Source of the DNA: an uncultured Lentimicrobiaceae bacterium
GTDB lineage: Bacteria; Bacteroidota; Bacteroidia; Bacteroidales; 4484-276
Length of the DNA: 64,000 nt
Assembly (NCBI GenBank): GCA_964593705.1
Contig: CAZQIV010000022.1
Coordinates: 1,416 to 65,415, forward strand
Direction: 5' to 3'
Below are positions 55,120 to 64,000 of this stretch, piece after piece; the stretch's first letter is position 1; every line of letters begins with the position of its first letter. A program made the translations under genes and the position numbers. The notes under the pieces were generated by a model. That model was not told the DNA's origin, did no database searches, and saw only the letters and a list, made by a program, of their open reading frames with translations.

Positions 55120-55497
55120 TTATAAGCGGAAATTCTGGTTTTGGGAAAGAAGTTTATTTATTCCGGGCGGAGGGATTCCGACAAGAATATAATCGTTTAA
55201 AAAATCCTGAGCTTCTACATGAACACATTCAAGTTTGGGTAAAATTCCCAAAAATAACTCTGTTATGTAAATTTTACCTTCGAATTCATTGTCAGTGAAA
55301 AATAAATAATCGGCTGAAAATTGTATTACAATTGTTTCGTCATTACAACAGTGGCAGGGGCCATCACAACAAGATTCGGCTTCTCCAAAAAGCGCGAACG
55401 AATAAAATTCCCCTCCGGAATAATGCTTGCTAATGGTTATTCCAACCGTTAATATTGAAAAGAAAATTAAGAATGATATGTAGAAGATTTTTTTCAA
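55120..55497 (-). CDS. Small membrane-anchored Cys-rich protein leading the RND operon (possibly HYC_CC_PP-type)
   Basis: N-terminal TM helix, then KHYSGGEF, ESCCDGPCHCCNDE and GIPPPG. The family name is recalled from memory, not verified. Confidence 0.55.
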   Translation of the reverse strand: MKKIFYISFLIFFSILTVGITISKHYSGGEFYSFALFGEAESCCDGPCHCCNDETIVIQFSADYLFFTDNEFEGKIYITELFLGILPKLECVHVEAQDFLNDYILVGIPPPGINKLLSQNQNFRL

Positions 55498-55661
55498 GCG
55501 TTCATTTTCATTAAATGCAAAGGTATTGTTAAAACTACCCTATTCTATTAATAATTATATGTTTAACAAATTTTTAACAGGCATTGTTCAACATCATGTT
55601 TGGAAAAACTTTCCTTAGCTAAGCTATTATTGGATTATAAAACCTTGTTGTCTTAAGCCGC

Positions 55662-56345
55662 CTACATCCTTAAAAAATTCTGAATAAACAATTTATTCTG
55701 TGCCAGCTTGCCCTCCTTTTTCAATTCATTACTATAAAAATTGGAAAATTCCGGGTCCGAATTTTGGGCTTCGTCAAGAAAGTATTTTGCGGCTTCCTGA
55801 TTAAACTCAGGGTGGAATTGAACACCATAAATATCTTTGCCTTTGTATTGAACTGCCTGAATGGATTTTGCGTTTTCGGCTATAATTTCAAAATCTTTAG
55901 GTAAATCCCTCACAGCATCATAGTGCAATTCCAAAACTACCGGCCTGGAAATTCCCTCGAATAATTTACAAGATTTAATGTTAATTATTGAATATCCATA
56001 CTCGGGAACGGGCATTTTATACAGATGCTCTTTTCCACAAAGCACGCGAATCAAAAACTGATGCCCGTAGCATATAGCCAGGATTTTTTTATCTACTTCA
56101 ATAAAATCCCTGATCAGTTTAGTAAGTTCCTCAGTCCAGGGCGATTCGCCTATTGCCGAGGATTCGGAGCCGGAAATGATGAGGTGAGAATAGGCTTCAA
56201 TGCTTTCGATTTTTTTATGTTTATCAAAAACATAATAATCAGCATCCATGCCCACGGCATTTGCTTCCCGTTGAATGCCCTCGTTGAAGAACCTGATTTT
56301 CTCAGGAAACTCCATAATATTATAAACCAGTAGTTTTTTGTTCAT
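55662..56345 (-). CDS. Class I glutamine amidotransferase-like protein
   Basis: Start taken at MNKKLLVY (56345). Nucleophile elbow ILAICYGHQFL and GVQFHPEF. The longer ORF-track start runs through a repeat element. Confidence 0.75.
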   Translation of the reverse strand: MNKKLLVYNIMEFPEKIRFFNEGIQREANAVGMDADYYVFDKHKKIESIEAYSHLIISGSESSAIGESPWTEELTKLIRDFIEVDKKILAICYGHQFLIRVLCGKEHLYKMPVPEYGYSIINIKSCKLFEGISRPVVLELHYDAVRDLPKDFEIIAENAKSIQAVQYKGKDIYGVQFHPEFNQEAAKYFLDEAQNSDPEFSNFYSNELKKEGKLAQNKLFIQNFLRM

Positions 56346-56442
56346 GTTGTAGAAAAATATAAAATGCCCGACAAACATACTGTTTATCGGGCATGTGTAA
56401 CAGTTTAGCTGTTTTATCAAATTCTGAGTAAAATGGTTACTA

Positions 56443-56580
56443 CCATTGACCCCCTCTAACTCCTCCGCCAGCTGGCGGGGAAGGGGTCGGTGCCGAGACG
56501 AAGTCTCGTGCATGCACGAGCAAAGCTCGGCAGGATGGGGTCATTATGATTTGGTACTCAATAATGCCACCTAAATAATT
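56443..56580 (-). repeat. ATGACCCC-family element, copy 3
   Basis: The reverse complement begins aattatttaggtggcattattgagtaccaaatcataATGACCCCatcc and ends ggaggagttagagggggtcaatgg, matching the copy-1 termini. Confidence 0.8.
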
Positions 56581-56619
56581 TCGGGCATTTTTTAAGTCAA
56601 CGTAATAGATGCTCAGCTT

Positions 56620-59600
56620 TTATTTAATAAGGATTTTTCGTGTGGCAGTTTGCCCGTCTGCCGAAATTGTCATCATATAAGCTCCTGCAGGCAATATGGG
56701 TAAATCGATCCTTTGTGTACCGGAAACCTCTTTCAAACTTTGGCTTAAAATTTTTCGTCCATTCAAATCAAATATTTCAATTTCTGTTTTTTGAAAAGGA
56801 GCCTTAAAATTCAGATATAATTCTTCGCTGGCCGGATTGGGATAAACCACCACATAAACCGATTGTTCAGTGTTTTCCCTTACATCGGCATAAGCAATTG
56901 AATCGCCAATATGACACATCAATCCTGCCCGTGAGGATGAGGTCTTCAGGATGTTTTCATCATCGCTTTGAATTGTGTTGGCAAAATTTCCCCCTACAAA
57001 AACATTATTTTCATCAAAGACACTTATACCATAAAGGTGATTTCCCGAGGAAGTACTTTCGAATGTTTTAACCCAACTTACTTCTCCATCGTTAGTATAT
57101 TTTGCTACATACATATCTCTGGCTCCGGAAGGAATGTATTGCCAGTCACCAAAGTGAATCGTATCAACAATATCGCCCATAACATAAAAATTTCCTTCGC
57201 TGTCGATATCTGCTTCACCATAATTATTCCCCCACCTGTGCGATTGGATGGAGTTTGCCCAAAGCGTGTTTCCGTCGCCATCAATTTTGGCATTGAATGG
57301 GCTGTATTTATTGTAGGGTGTTCGCAGCATTATATTATCAAACATTGCCGAGTCGCCGTGGGTTCCGGTGAGGTACAAATTTCCTTCGGCATCAGATACG
57401 GAAGCAGTGGGCCAGCAGTAATATCCGCCGTAATTAATGGGGCTGTAACCAAAGGACTTTGCCCACAGGTAATTATCCTGCTCATCATATTTGGCCACAA
57501 TACATCTCCCATCGTTGGGAGTGAGACCTATGTTGTTGTTCCCGTTATTAAAAAACACCGTGTCGCCGGCAGGTTCCAGGGTTACAAAATAGCCTCCTGA
57601 TGGTACAACTGCAACTCCAACCTGGTAAAAGAAATACTCTGTTTTAAACTGTTTGGCAGAAATAAAATCACCGTCCATGGAATATTTTACAAGGAGAGCG
57701 TTACCACTGCTATTACCATAAGTTGTAAAGGATTCGCCTCCAATTTGTATGGTTCCACCAAAAGTAAAGGCACAGTAAACGTTTCCTTGTGGGTCAACAT
57801 CCACCGATTGTATTTCAATGCTAGAATAGGGGAATTCTTCAATCCATAAAAATTCGCCATTATCAATATATGATGCTAAGAAAGATGATCTGAACAGTGC
57901 AACTAATTCAAGGCCTCCTATTTTCAGGGTGTCTTCATAACTTCCATGCAGGTATAGTTGTTTGTGGGCATCATCTATCTTCAGGTTTGTTTCGGTATAT
58001 GACCACCGGGCAGTGCCACCTTCGATGGTCGAGATCCACTGTACTTCACCATCGGGCTTTTGGCCAGCAAGAAGCATGGCCTGCTTAGGACTTGTAAATT
58101 CCAATCCGAAATAGTTAGTGTAACCTAGTATATTGCTAAGAGCGAAAGTCATACCATCTCCGTTCACTTCCAGCCCGGTAAGTTGAGATGTGCCTGAATT
58201 GCCCTGGCTTGTAACAATGCTTTGAGAGGTTCCGGCAAAATTATATTGTATAAGCGAAGCATTCATACTCGTGATTCCGGCCATAATGAAACCATTTTCT
58301 GAACCTGAAAGAATTCCTAAAACCTCCTGATTCACCGTAAAGGCATGTTGGGCAGCACCTGAACTGTCATAAATAGCTGCATAAAAACCGGTATTTCCAT
58401 AGACTTCAATATCATCAAATGTTGCCCATGAATCCATTCCTCCCGAAATACAAGGCTGGTCATTTTCCAACAAAGCAAAACCGTTGAGTTCTTTTTGTGT
58501 GCCATTAGTTGACTTTGCCCAAGCCACCTCGCCCTGGCTATTTATCCTCACAATAAACGCATCCGTTGAACCAACACCAAGTAAAATCCCTCCAAATTCC
58601 ACATTACGGCGAAAGTAGCCCGTCATAAAAACATCTCCGGTTTCTCCAATTTCAATTTGGGGATTATAGCTATCTCCGATAGGACTCTGGATATGTTCAC
58701 CGATGATAGCCCATTCATAATTCCCGGCAAAATCTGCCTTCGAAACAAAGGCATCTGCATAGATGAAGGGATCTAAAAAAATATCCCCCAGCCAGGCATC
58801 TTCATGTGCGGTACCCGCCACATAAAGTGCATCGCCCGAAACGACCACATCGTTGAAGGCAATGTTGTGTTCCTGCCACCATAAGGGATTTCCGCTTTGA
58901 TCGAGTTTTGTTAAAAATGAGGATTGAGCCCAACTTGGATTGCCATTCAGGGTGCCTGTAAGATAAATGTTTTGATCGCTATCAATGGCCAGCGCCAATC
59001 CCTGATACAGAAACCCCGATTGCCCAATATTTTTAAGTAAATTGATCTGTCCATCAAAGGCAACTTTCATTAGTAAAGCGTCAGAAGTTCCGGTTAATAC
59101 CACCGTTGATCCATCCATCGAAAAACCAGAACCATCAAAATATCCGGTAATGATCAACTCAGTATCAGTAATCTCCACTTCATACAAGGCAGATGAATTA
59201 TTTTCACCACTATTGCCTTGTTTTATCCAGAGGACATTTCCTGAATTATCCATCTTCGCAATAAATACGTCTCGCTTTCCAACACTACTTAAGGTTTGGC
59301 CTGCAAATTCCATGATTCCGGCAAAGTCGCCAATCACATATAAATTCCCGGTTTCATCAGCAACTACCTTACGTGCTTTGTCGGTTCCTGTGCCACCAAA
59401 TTTTGTCAGCCAGTCCACTTCAGGGGCTTCACCAAAATCTCCGAAAACGCCATCCTGCGATTTGAAATTTTGGTGTCGCTGAAAATTATCGTCTTCCTCC
59501 TGCGAAAGCATCTTGGCTTTTAGTTGCCTGAAAGATTCCATCTGATCGTTATCAGATTTTGTGTTTTGCGCGAAAGCTGATAAATTCAATAAAAATAATG

Positions 59601-59631
59601 TGATAATGGAGAGTGTAATTAAGTTTTTCAT
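56620..59631 (-). CDS. Large secreted beta-propeller-repeat (SBBP-like) protein with T9SS C-terminal sorting domain
   Basis: Signal peptide from the ATG at 59631. Many repeats of the type D..GN.Y.TG.F.G...F. C-terminus VVVYPNPASEELYLNF...IFDLNGRKIL...GAYMMTI...RKILIK. Confidence 0.8.
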   Translation of the reverse strand: MKNLITLSIITLFLLNLSAFAQNTKSDNDQMESFRQLKAKMLSQEEDDNFQRHQNFKSQDGVFGDFGEAPEVDWLTKFGGTGTDKARKVVADETGNLYVIGDFAGIMEFAGQTLSSVGKRDVFIAKMDNSGNVLWIKQGNSGENNSSALYEVEITDTELIITGYFDGSGFSMDGSTVVLTGTSDALLMKVAFDGQINLLKNIGQSGFLYQGLALAIDSDQNIYLTGTLNGNPSWAQSSFLTKLDQSGNPLWWQEHNIAFNDVVVSGDALYVAGTAHEDAWLGDIFLDPFIYADAFVSKADFAGNYEWAIIGEHIQSPIGDSYNPQIEIGETGDVFMTGYFRRNVEFGGILLGVGSTDAFIVRINSQGEVAWAKSTNGTQKELNGFALLENDQPCISGGMDSWATFDDIEVYGNTGFYAAIYDSSGAAQHAFTVNQEVLGILSGSENGFIMAGITSMNASLIQYNFAGTSQSIVTSQGNSGTSQLTGLEVNGDGMTFALSNILGYTNYFGLEFTSPKQAMLLAGQKPDGEVQWISTIEGGTARWSYTETNLKIDDAHKQLYLHGSYEDTLKIGGLELVALFRSSFLASYIDNGEFLWIEEFPYSSIEIQSVDVDPQGNVYCAFTFGGTIQIGGESFTTYGNSSGNALLVKYSMDGDFISAKQFKTEYFFYQVGVAVVPSGGYFVTLEPAGDTVFFNNGNNNIGLTPNDGRCIVAKYDEQDNYLWAKSFGYSPINYGGYYCWPTASVSDAEGNLYLTGTHGDSAMFDNIMLRTPYNKYSPFNAKIDGDGNTLWANSIQSHRWGNNYGEADIDSEGNFYVMGDIVDTIHFGDWQYIPSGARDMYVAKYTNDGEVSWVKTFESTSSGNHLYGISVFDENNVFVGGNFANTIQSDDENILKTSSSRAGLMCHIGDSIAYADVRENTEQSVYVVVYPNPASEELYLNFKAPFQKTEIEIFDLNGRKILSQSLKEVSGTQRIDLPILPAGAYMMTISADGQTATRKILIK

Positions 59632-59793
59632 AACATTATGTTTTGGTTTATTTTGAGGCAAACTTACCAAATATTAAGCCATCTCCGGTATTTTCCTTTT
59701 TCCCATATGCTTCTTTTTTGGTTTCTATTAAAATTAACCAAAGCCGGAATAATCATCGGTTTGTGTCTGTCAAACCAACCAAAACTATAGTTT

Positions 59794-60633
59794 ATGTACA
59801 GAAATTTTTCGATGATCATTTTCATTTATCTTGCTATTGCCCTCTCTTCGTGTAGCAAAAAACCATTGCACAAAAGCAAAGCCCTTGAAAGCATGGCTGA
59901 ACGTCCGGAAGCCGGGACTCTCGAATGGATCGACAGGATGCAGTACGATGCGAAAAACAATATTTCTTATGGTTGCTTTAATGACTCAAATGATTTGCTT
60001 ATCCGAACTATGGTGACTGACAGAAGTGCAATCACTAAAATCTTCGCAGCCGGTTTTACTATTCACATCGACACATCAGGAAAGAAAGGACCACAATATT
60101 CAATAAAATATCCGCTTGCCCAGGGGATGCAAAACATGCCCCGGCCCGGTGAAAGGAATAAAAATAATGATGCCCTCCATGCAGGAGCAAGGCCGGACAA
60201 TGATATGACCAACAGATTAAAAACTGCTTTAAACCAAATTGAAATAATAGGATTTAACGAGGAACAAACCAACAGTACACTTTTAAATTCAAGACAGGGA
60301 GATGGTATTTGCGCCTGGATTTATATCGATGATAATCAAACCATGTACTACGAATTAAAAATTCCACTTCGGTATATTTTTAGTGCAGGCTTTGCCCCGG
60401 GAAAAATGATCTCCTTAGGTTTTGAATCGGGAAAAATAGATTTGCCTTCAAGTGGTCCGTCGGCAAATATGAGTATGCGTCCCGGTGGTAGTAGCGGAGG
60501 CAGACCAGGTGGTGGAGGCCGGCCACAAGGAAGCGGAGATCGTGCAGGGATGGGCAATCAACAGGGTATGGCCGAAATGCAATCGCTGTCGAAGCCTGTT
60601 AAAATCTGGATAAAAAGAATTGAACTGAATTAA
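59794..60633 (+). CDS. Hypothetical lipoprotein with Gly/Pro/Arg-rich low-complexity C-terminal region
   Basis: Lipobox ALSSC. C-terminal MRPGGSSGGRPGGGGRPQGSGDRAGMGNQQGM. Confidence 0.55.
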   Translation: MYRNFSMIIFIYLAIALSSCSKKPLHKSKALESMAERPEAGTLEWIDRMQYDAKNNISYGCFNDSNDLLIRTMVTDRSAITKIFAAGFTIHIDTSGKKGPQYSIKYPLAQGMQNMPRPGERNKNNDALHAGARPDNDMTNRLKTALNQIEIIGFNEEQTNSTLLNSRQGDGICAWIYIDDNQTMYYELKIPLRYIFSAGFAPGKMISLGFESGKIDLPSSGPSANMSMRPGGSSGGRPGGGGRPQGSGDRAGMGNQQGMAEMQSLSKPVKIWIKRIELN

Positions 60634-60641
60634 ATCAGACT

Positions 60642-63305
60642 ATGCGGAAACTATTTTTTTTCTTAAGTACAGTATTACTGTTCTTTTCAACTATCCGGGG
60701 CTATGCCCAGCAAACTGATGAAGTATTGATCTCGGGATTTTTCTATGGTAAAACCCGATTGAACATATTGCATCAAATTGCAAATGACCACAAGCTATAC
60801 CTTGATTTTGACAAAGAAATTATCCCCAAAGGCATGATGCCGGGCAGGTCGGTGGAGAATATGCCTATGAATGATTTTTTGGAAATTGTTCTCGGTGATA
60901 AAGTGATTTACAAATTCGTTGATGATCGGATAATCATCAGGCCAAAAGGCGCTTCCATTGATTATGTGGCGCAAACCTACGAACGAAAAACGGACTTTAC
61001 CCTCAGCGGGAAAATTGTGGATGAAGAAAGCCAGGAGTCATTGCCTTTTTCCCAAATCATAGTGGAAGGAATCACTATTGGCGGTGCATCAAACAACGAT
61101 GGCTACTTTACTTTATTCAATGTTCCTTCCGACACTTCCACCCTGCTTGTTTCGTTTATTGGCTACAAACTTCAAAAGGTATTTCTTACGCCAAAACTGG
61201 TCGGTAAAAACCTTGTTATAAAAATGAAATCTCTTTCAGTTCAACTCGATGAGGTGGAAATATATGGCCAGCACGAGGAGCTTTTGCGTATGGCTTCCAA
61301 TACCGGGAAGATTAGCATGTCGCCACAAAAAATCGAATCACTTCCTGATATTGGCGAAAAGGACGTTTTCAGATCCTTCCAGTTGCTTCCGGGAATTTCG
61401 GGGAGCAATGAGGCCTCATCGGGATTGTACGTACGCGGTGGTACACCCGATCAAAACCTTATTTTATATGATGGTTTTACGGTTTATCATGTCGATCACC
61501 TTTACGGGATGTTCAGCTCTTTTAACTCCAACGCAATCAAAGATGTGAAACTGAGTAAAGGCGGCTTTGAAGCCAAATACGGAGGAAGGCTTTCGAGTGT
61601 AATGGAGATTACCGGCAAGGATGGCGACCAAAACTCTTTTAATGCCGGTGGGAGTATTAGTTTGATGAGTTTTAATGTTTATACTGATTTTCCGATCGGA
61701 GAAAAGATAACTGCATTTTTTACGGCACGCCGCTCTTTTCAGAGTAATTTTTACCAGGGGATTTTCGATCAGTTCAACACCAGTAACTCGGTTGAACCTT
61801 CAGGAGAAATGGCCGGGAGGATGAGGAGATTTACCGAACAAACAAGCCCAAACACCTATTTCTATGATTTGAATGGGAAAATGACTTACCGTTCCAATGC
61901 CGGGGATATCATTTCGTGGAGTATATATAATGGACAAGACAACCTGGATAACTCAAACGACAACACCAGATCATTTGGTGGTTTTTCGATGAGCAGCGAA
62001 ACCAACGACCTTACCAGCTGGGGGAATGTGGGATCGAGCCTGAAATGGTCGCGAAAATGGAACGAAAAACTATATTCAAATTACCTCCTTTCCTATTCAA
62101 GGTATTACAGTAAGCGCGACATGACCCGCTCGGGTACGCGTATTCAGGATGATGAAGCCATAGACTTTACCAATGGTCAGTACGAAGTGAATTACATGCA
62201 CGATTATTCATTAAAACTTGATAATGAGTACAAGTTTGGACAAAAAAACAATGTGGCTTTTGGACTGCAAACTACCTACTATGTGAACGATTATGATTTT
62301 ACAATGAACGACACCCTGATTATCGAGGATAGATATGATAAGCAATTGCAAAGTTCGATTTACTTTCAGGATGAATATACTCCGGGGACATGGCTCAACC
62401 TGAAACCCGGAATCAGGGCTACCTGGTACAGTGGAACCGAGAAAATGTACTTTGAACCGAGGTTACAGGCAAATTTTAATATTTCGGATGAGTTAAGAAT
62501 TAAAGGAGCCTGGGGAAAATATTATCAATTTGCAAACCGCATTATTCGTAACGACCTTCAATCCGGGGCACGTGATTTCTGGGTGTTGGCCGATGGGGAG
62601 AATATTCCAGTGGGTGAATCGACACATTATATCGCCGGGCTTGAGTATGAAACCCCTGCTTATCTTTTTAGTGCCGAGGCTTTTTACAAGCCCATGTCAG
62701 GATTGTCAGAATACAGCTATCAAATGGTGAGTGGATTTCAAAATCTTGAATACAACGAATTTTTTTATCAGGGTACAGGCACTTCTAAAGGTCTTGAGTT
62801 TTTAATTCAGAAAAAAATCGGAAACTACAATGGTTGGTTAAGTTATACGCTTGCAAATGTTACGTATGATTTCCCTGAATTAAGCGCCGACCCATTTCCC
62901 GCTTCACACGATGTGAGGCATGAATTTAACATTGTGAATACCTTTAAGTATAAAAAATGGCTGTTTGCTGCTACGTTTATATACGCCACCGGTAGCCCAT
63001 ATACTGCGCCCACTGCGGGATATGAGTTGATAACTCCCGATGGAAGCAGTGAAGATTTCATCACAATTGGGGCAAAAAACGCACTTCGACTTCCCGATTA
63101 TCACAGGTTGGATGTTTCGGCAACATATAATTTTGATTTTGGCGGTAAATTACATGGCAGCCTCGGCGCATCCTTGTTTAATGTTTACAACCGACAAAAT
63201 GTTTGGTACAAAGAATTTGAAATTGTAGATGAGTATCTCATCGAAACGGATGTAACCTTGCTCAGTATTACTCCAAATGTAACCTTCACCATTAAACTTA
63301 AATAA
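60642..63305 (+). CDS. TonB-dependent receptor with N-terminal STN-like and carboxypeptidase-regulatory-like domains
   Basis: LSGKIVDEESQESLPFSQIIVEG...DGYFTLFNVP (CarbopepD_reg-like), plug SGLYVRGGTPDQNLILYDG, and a beta-barrel ending in an aromatic-rich terminal strand. Confidence 0.85.
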   Translation: MRKLFFFLSTVLLFFSTIRGYAQQTDEVLISGFFYGKTRLNILHQIANDHKLYLDFDKEIIPKGMMPGRSVENMPMNDFLEIVLGDKVIYKFVDDRIIIRPKGASIDYVAQTYERKTDFTLSGKIVDEESQESLPFSQIIVEGITIGGASNNDGYFTLFNVPSDTSTLLVSFIGYKLQKVFLTPKLVGKNLVIKMKSLSVQLDEVEIYGQHEELLRMASNTGKISMSPQKIESLPDIGEKDVFRSFQLLPGISGSNEASSGLYVRGGTPDQNLILYDGFTVYHVDHLYGMFSSFNSNAIKDVKLSKGGFEAKYGGRLSSVMEITGKDGDQNSFNAGGSISLMSFNVYTDFPIGEKITAFFTARRSFQSNFYQGIFDQFNTSNSVEPSGEMAGRMRRFTEQTSPNTYFYDLNGKMTYRSNAGDIISWSIYNGQDNLDNSNDNTRSFGGFSMSSETNDLTSWGNVGSSLKWSRKWNEKLYSNYLLSYSRYYSKRDMTRSGTRIQDDEAIDFTNGQYEVNYMHDYSLKLDNEYKFGQKNNVAFGLQTTYYVNDYDFTMNDTLIIEDRYDKQLQSSIYFQDEYTPGTWLNLKPGIRATWYSGTEKMYFEPRLQANFNISDELRIKGAWGKYYQFANRIIRNDLQSGARDFWVLADGENIPVGESTHYIAGLEYETPAYLFSAEAFYKPMSGLSEYSYQMVSGFQNLEYNEFFYQGTGTSKGLEFLIQKKIGNYNGWLSYTLANVTYDFPELSADPFPASHDVRHEFNIVNTFKYKKWLFAATFIYATGSPYTAPTAGYELITPDGSSEDFITIGAKNALRLPDYHRLDVSATYNFDFGGKLHGSLGASLFNVYNRQNVWYKEFEIVDEYLIETDVTLLSITPNVTFTIKLK

Positions 63306-63309
63306 AACA

Positions 63310-64000
63310 ATGAAAACCAATAATATCGTATTTCTGATGGCATGGCTTTTTTCCGCCCTGTTTTTTATGGGCTGCGAAGATCAGGCATCCCAATTTGAAC
63401 TTGAAGAGTATCCCGTGGTTGAAGCCTACCTTTCACCCGGGCAAGCCGTGGACAATATCAGGGTTTTCAGGATGAGTAATTTTACCGGTTCAATTTCTGA
63501 AAGTAATGCTATTAGTGGATTGCAAATCAAGCTTACCGCAGATTCCGTAGCCTATATGCTTAGTGAACATTTGGATATTCCCGGTAATTATTATTATGCG
63601 GGTAGTGATCTTGAAATTGTTCCCGGAATGTTTTGTGGGCTTGAGTTTGATTACAACGACAAGGTAATATCATCTGAAACCACCATTCCCGGAAAACCTG
63701 AAAATCTGGAATTATCAACATCCTCCATTTCTGTATCAATGGGGGGATGGGGTGGCTCAGGCATTGAGCCCATCGAGGTTACCTGGGATAACCCTGGCAA
63801 CGATTATTTTTACATGGTGGCGACCAACATCGAGGAAAACCCAACACCAGTACACGAAGTACCCGAAGAAGAGGAAGACCCACCACTGAGTGTGGGAACT
63901 CAGCCGGCAACAAGCAATTTGCTGAACATTATGCCTCCCATGTGCAGGTATTACGGAACCTACGAGTTGGTGATTTTTCGGGTAAACCCGGAATTTGCAA
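63310..64000 (+). CDS. Lipoprotein, probably DUF4249-type partner of the receptor, 3' end outside window
   Basis: ATG at 63310, lipobox FFMGC. Open to the window edge (not in the ORF track because no stop is reached). The family call rests on position and general look only. Confidence 0.5.
   Translation, partial: MKTNNIVFLMAWLFSALFFMGCEDQASQFELEEYPVVEAYLSPGQAVDNIRVFRMSNFTGSISESNAISGLQIKLTADSVAYMLSEHLDIPGNYYYAGSDLEIVPGMFCGLEFDYNDKVISSETTIPGKPENLELSTSSISVSMGGWGGSGIEPIEVTWDNPGNDYFYMVATNIEENPTPVHEVPEEEEDPPLSVGTQPATSNLLNIMPPMCRYYGTYELVIFRVNPEFA

Noticed and set aside
33900-55500. The heavy-metal island as an integrative or conjugative mobile element
   Set aside because: No integrase, transposase, tRNA target, conjugation genes or terminal direct repeats are visible within or at the edges of the block. 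Horizontal origin remains possible but is not shown by this window.
56346-56513. ORF-track N-terminal extension of the amidotransferase
   Set aside because: The extra 56 codons run through the ATGACCCC-family repeat and give low-complexity text. The conserved domain starts right after the ATG at 56345.

Overview
64-kb chromosomal window, AT-rich by eye. It is almost certainly from a member of Bacteroidota: three proteins end in type IX secretion (T9SS) C-terminal sorting domains, and there is a LytS/LytTR pair and a TonB-dependent receptor with a carboxypeptidase-like regulatory domain followed by a DUF4249-like lipoprotein. No homology search was possible, so all family calls rest on motifs read from the translations.

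Content in order:
(1) 1-8.3 kb: a co-directional sulfur-trafficking cluster (YeeE, two exported rhodanese-like lipoproteins, DsrE-like, TusA) joined to an MvhD plus HdrA/Qmo-like flavin/FeS complex with a membrane subunit.
(2) 8.7-16.2 kb: a repeat-rich accessory stretch. It holds a decayed nucleotidyltransferase and two tandem CotH-kinase/lamin-tail paralogs, one carrying an in-frame TAG. A REP-associated tyrosine transposase (RAYT)-like gene sits between the paralogs and is bracketed by REP/BIME-like repeats.
(3) 16.9-18.7 kb: LytS/LytTR two-component pair.
(4) 18.7-27.4 kb: an ~8.2-kb segment bounded by two direct hicAB-derived repeats. It carries an XRE-cupin regulator, a long KamA-family radical-SAM aminomutase, 3-oxoacid CoA-transferase A/B, a GSA-aminomutase-like class III aminotransferase, a thiolase and an AAA ATPase.
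(5) 27.4-33.7 kb: housekeeping-type genes (lactonase, GxxExxY protein, broken aldo-keto reductase, GH2 beta-mannosidase, HD hydrolase).
(6) 33.9-55.5 kb: a heavy-metal resistance island. It holds two RND efflux operons, two CDF transporters, HMA proteins, a copA remnant, a T9SS-tagged multicopper oxidase and an AraC regulator with an HMA-like domain.
(7) 55.6-64 kb: glutamine amidotransferase, a large T9SS beta-propeller protein and a TonB receptor locus.

No rRNA, tRNA or CRISPR array was seen. Several families of structured intergenic repeats recur through the window. The most interesting candidates are the sulfur-relay/Qmo-like cluster (including a rhodanese-like lipoprotein ending in a SoxY-type GGCGG arm) and the aminomutase/beta-transaminase/CoA-transferase/thiolase cluster.
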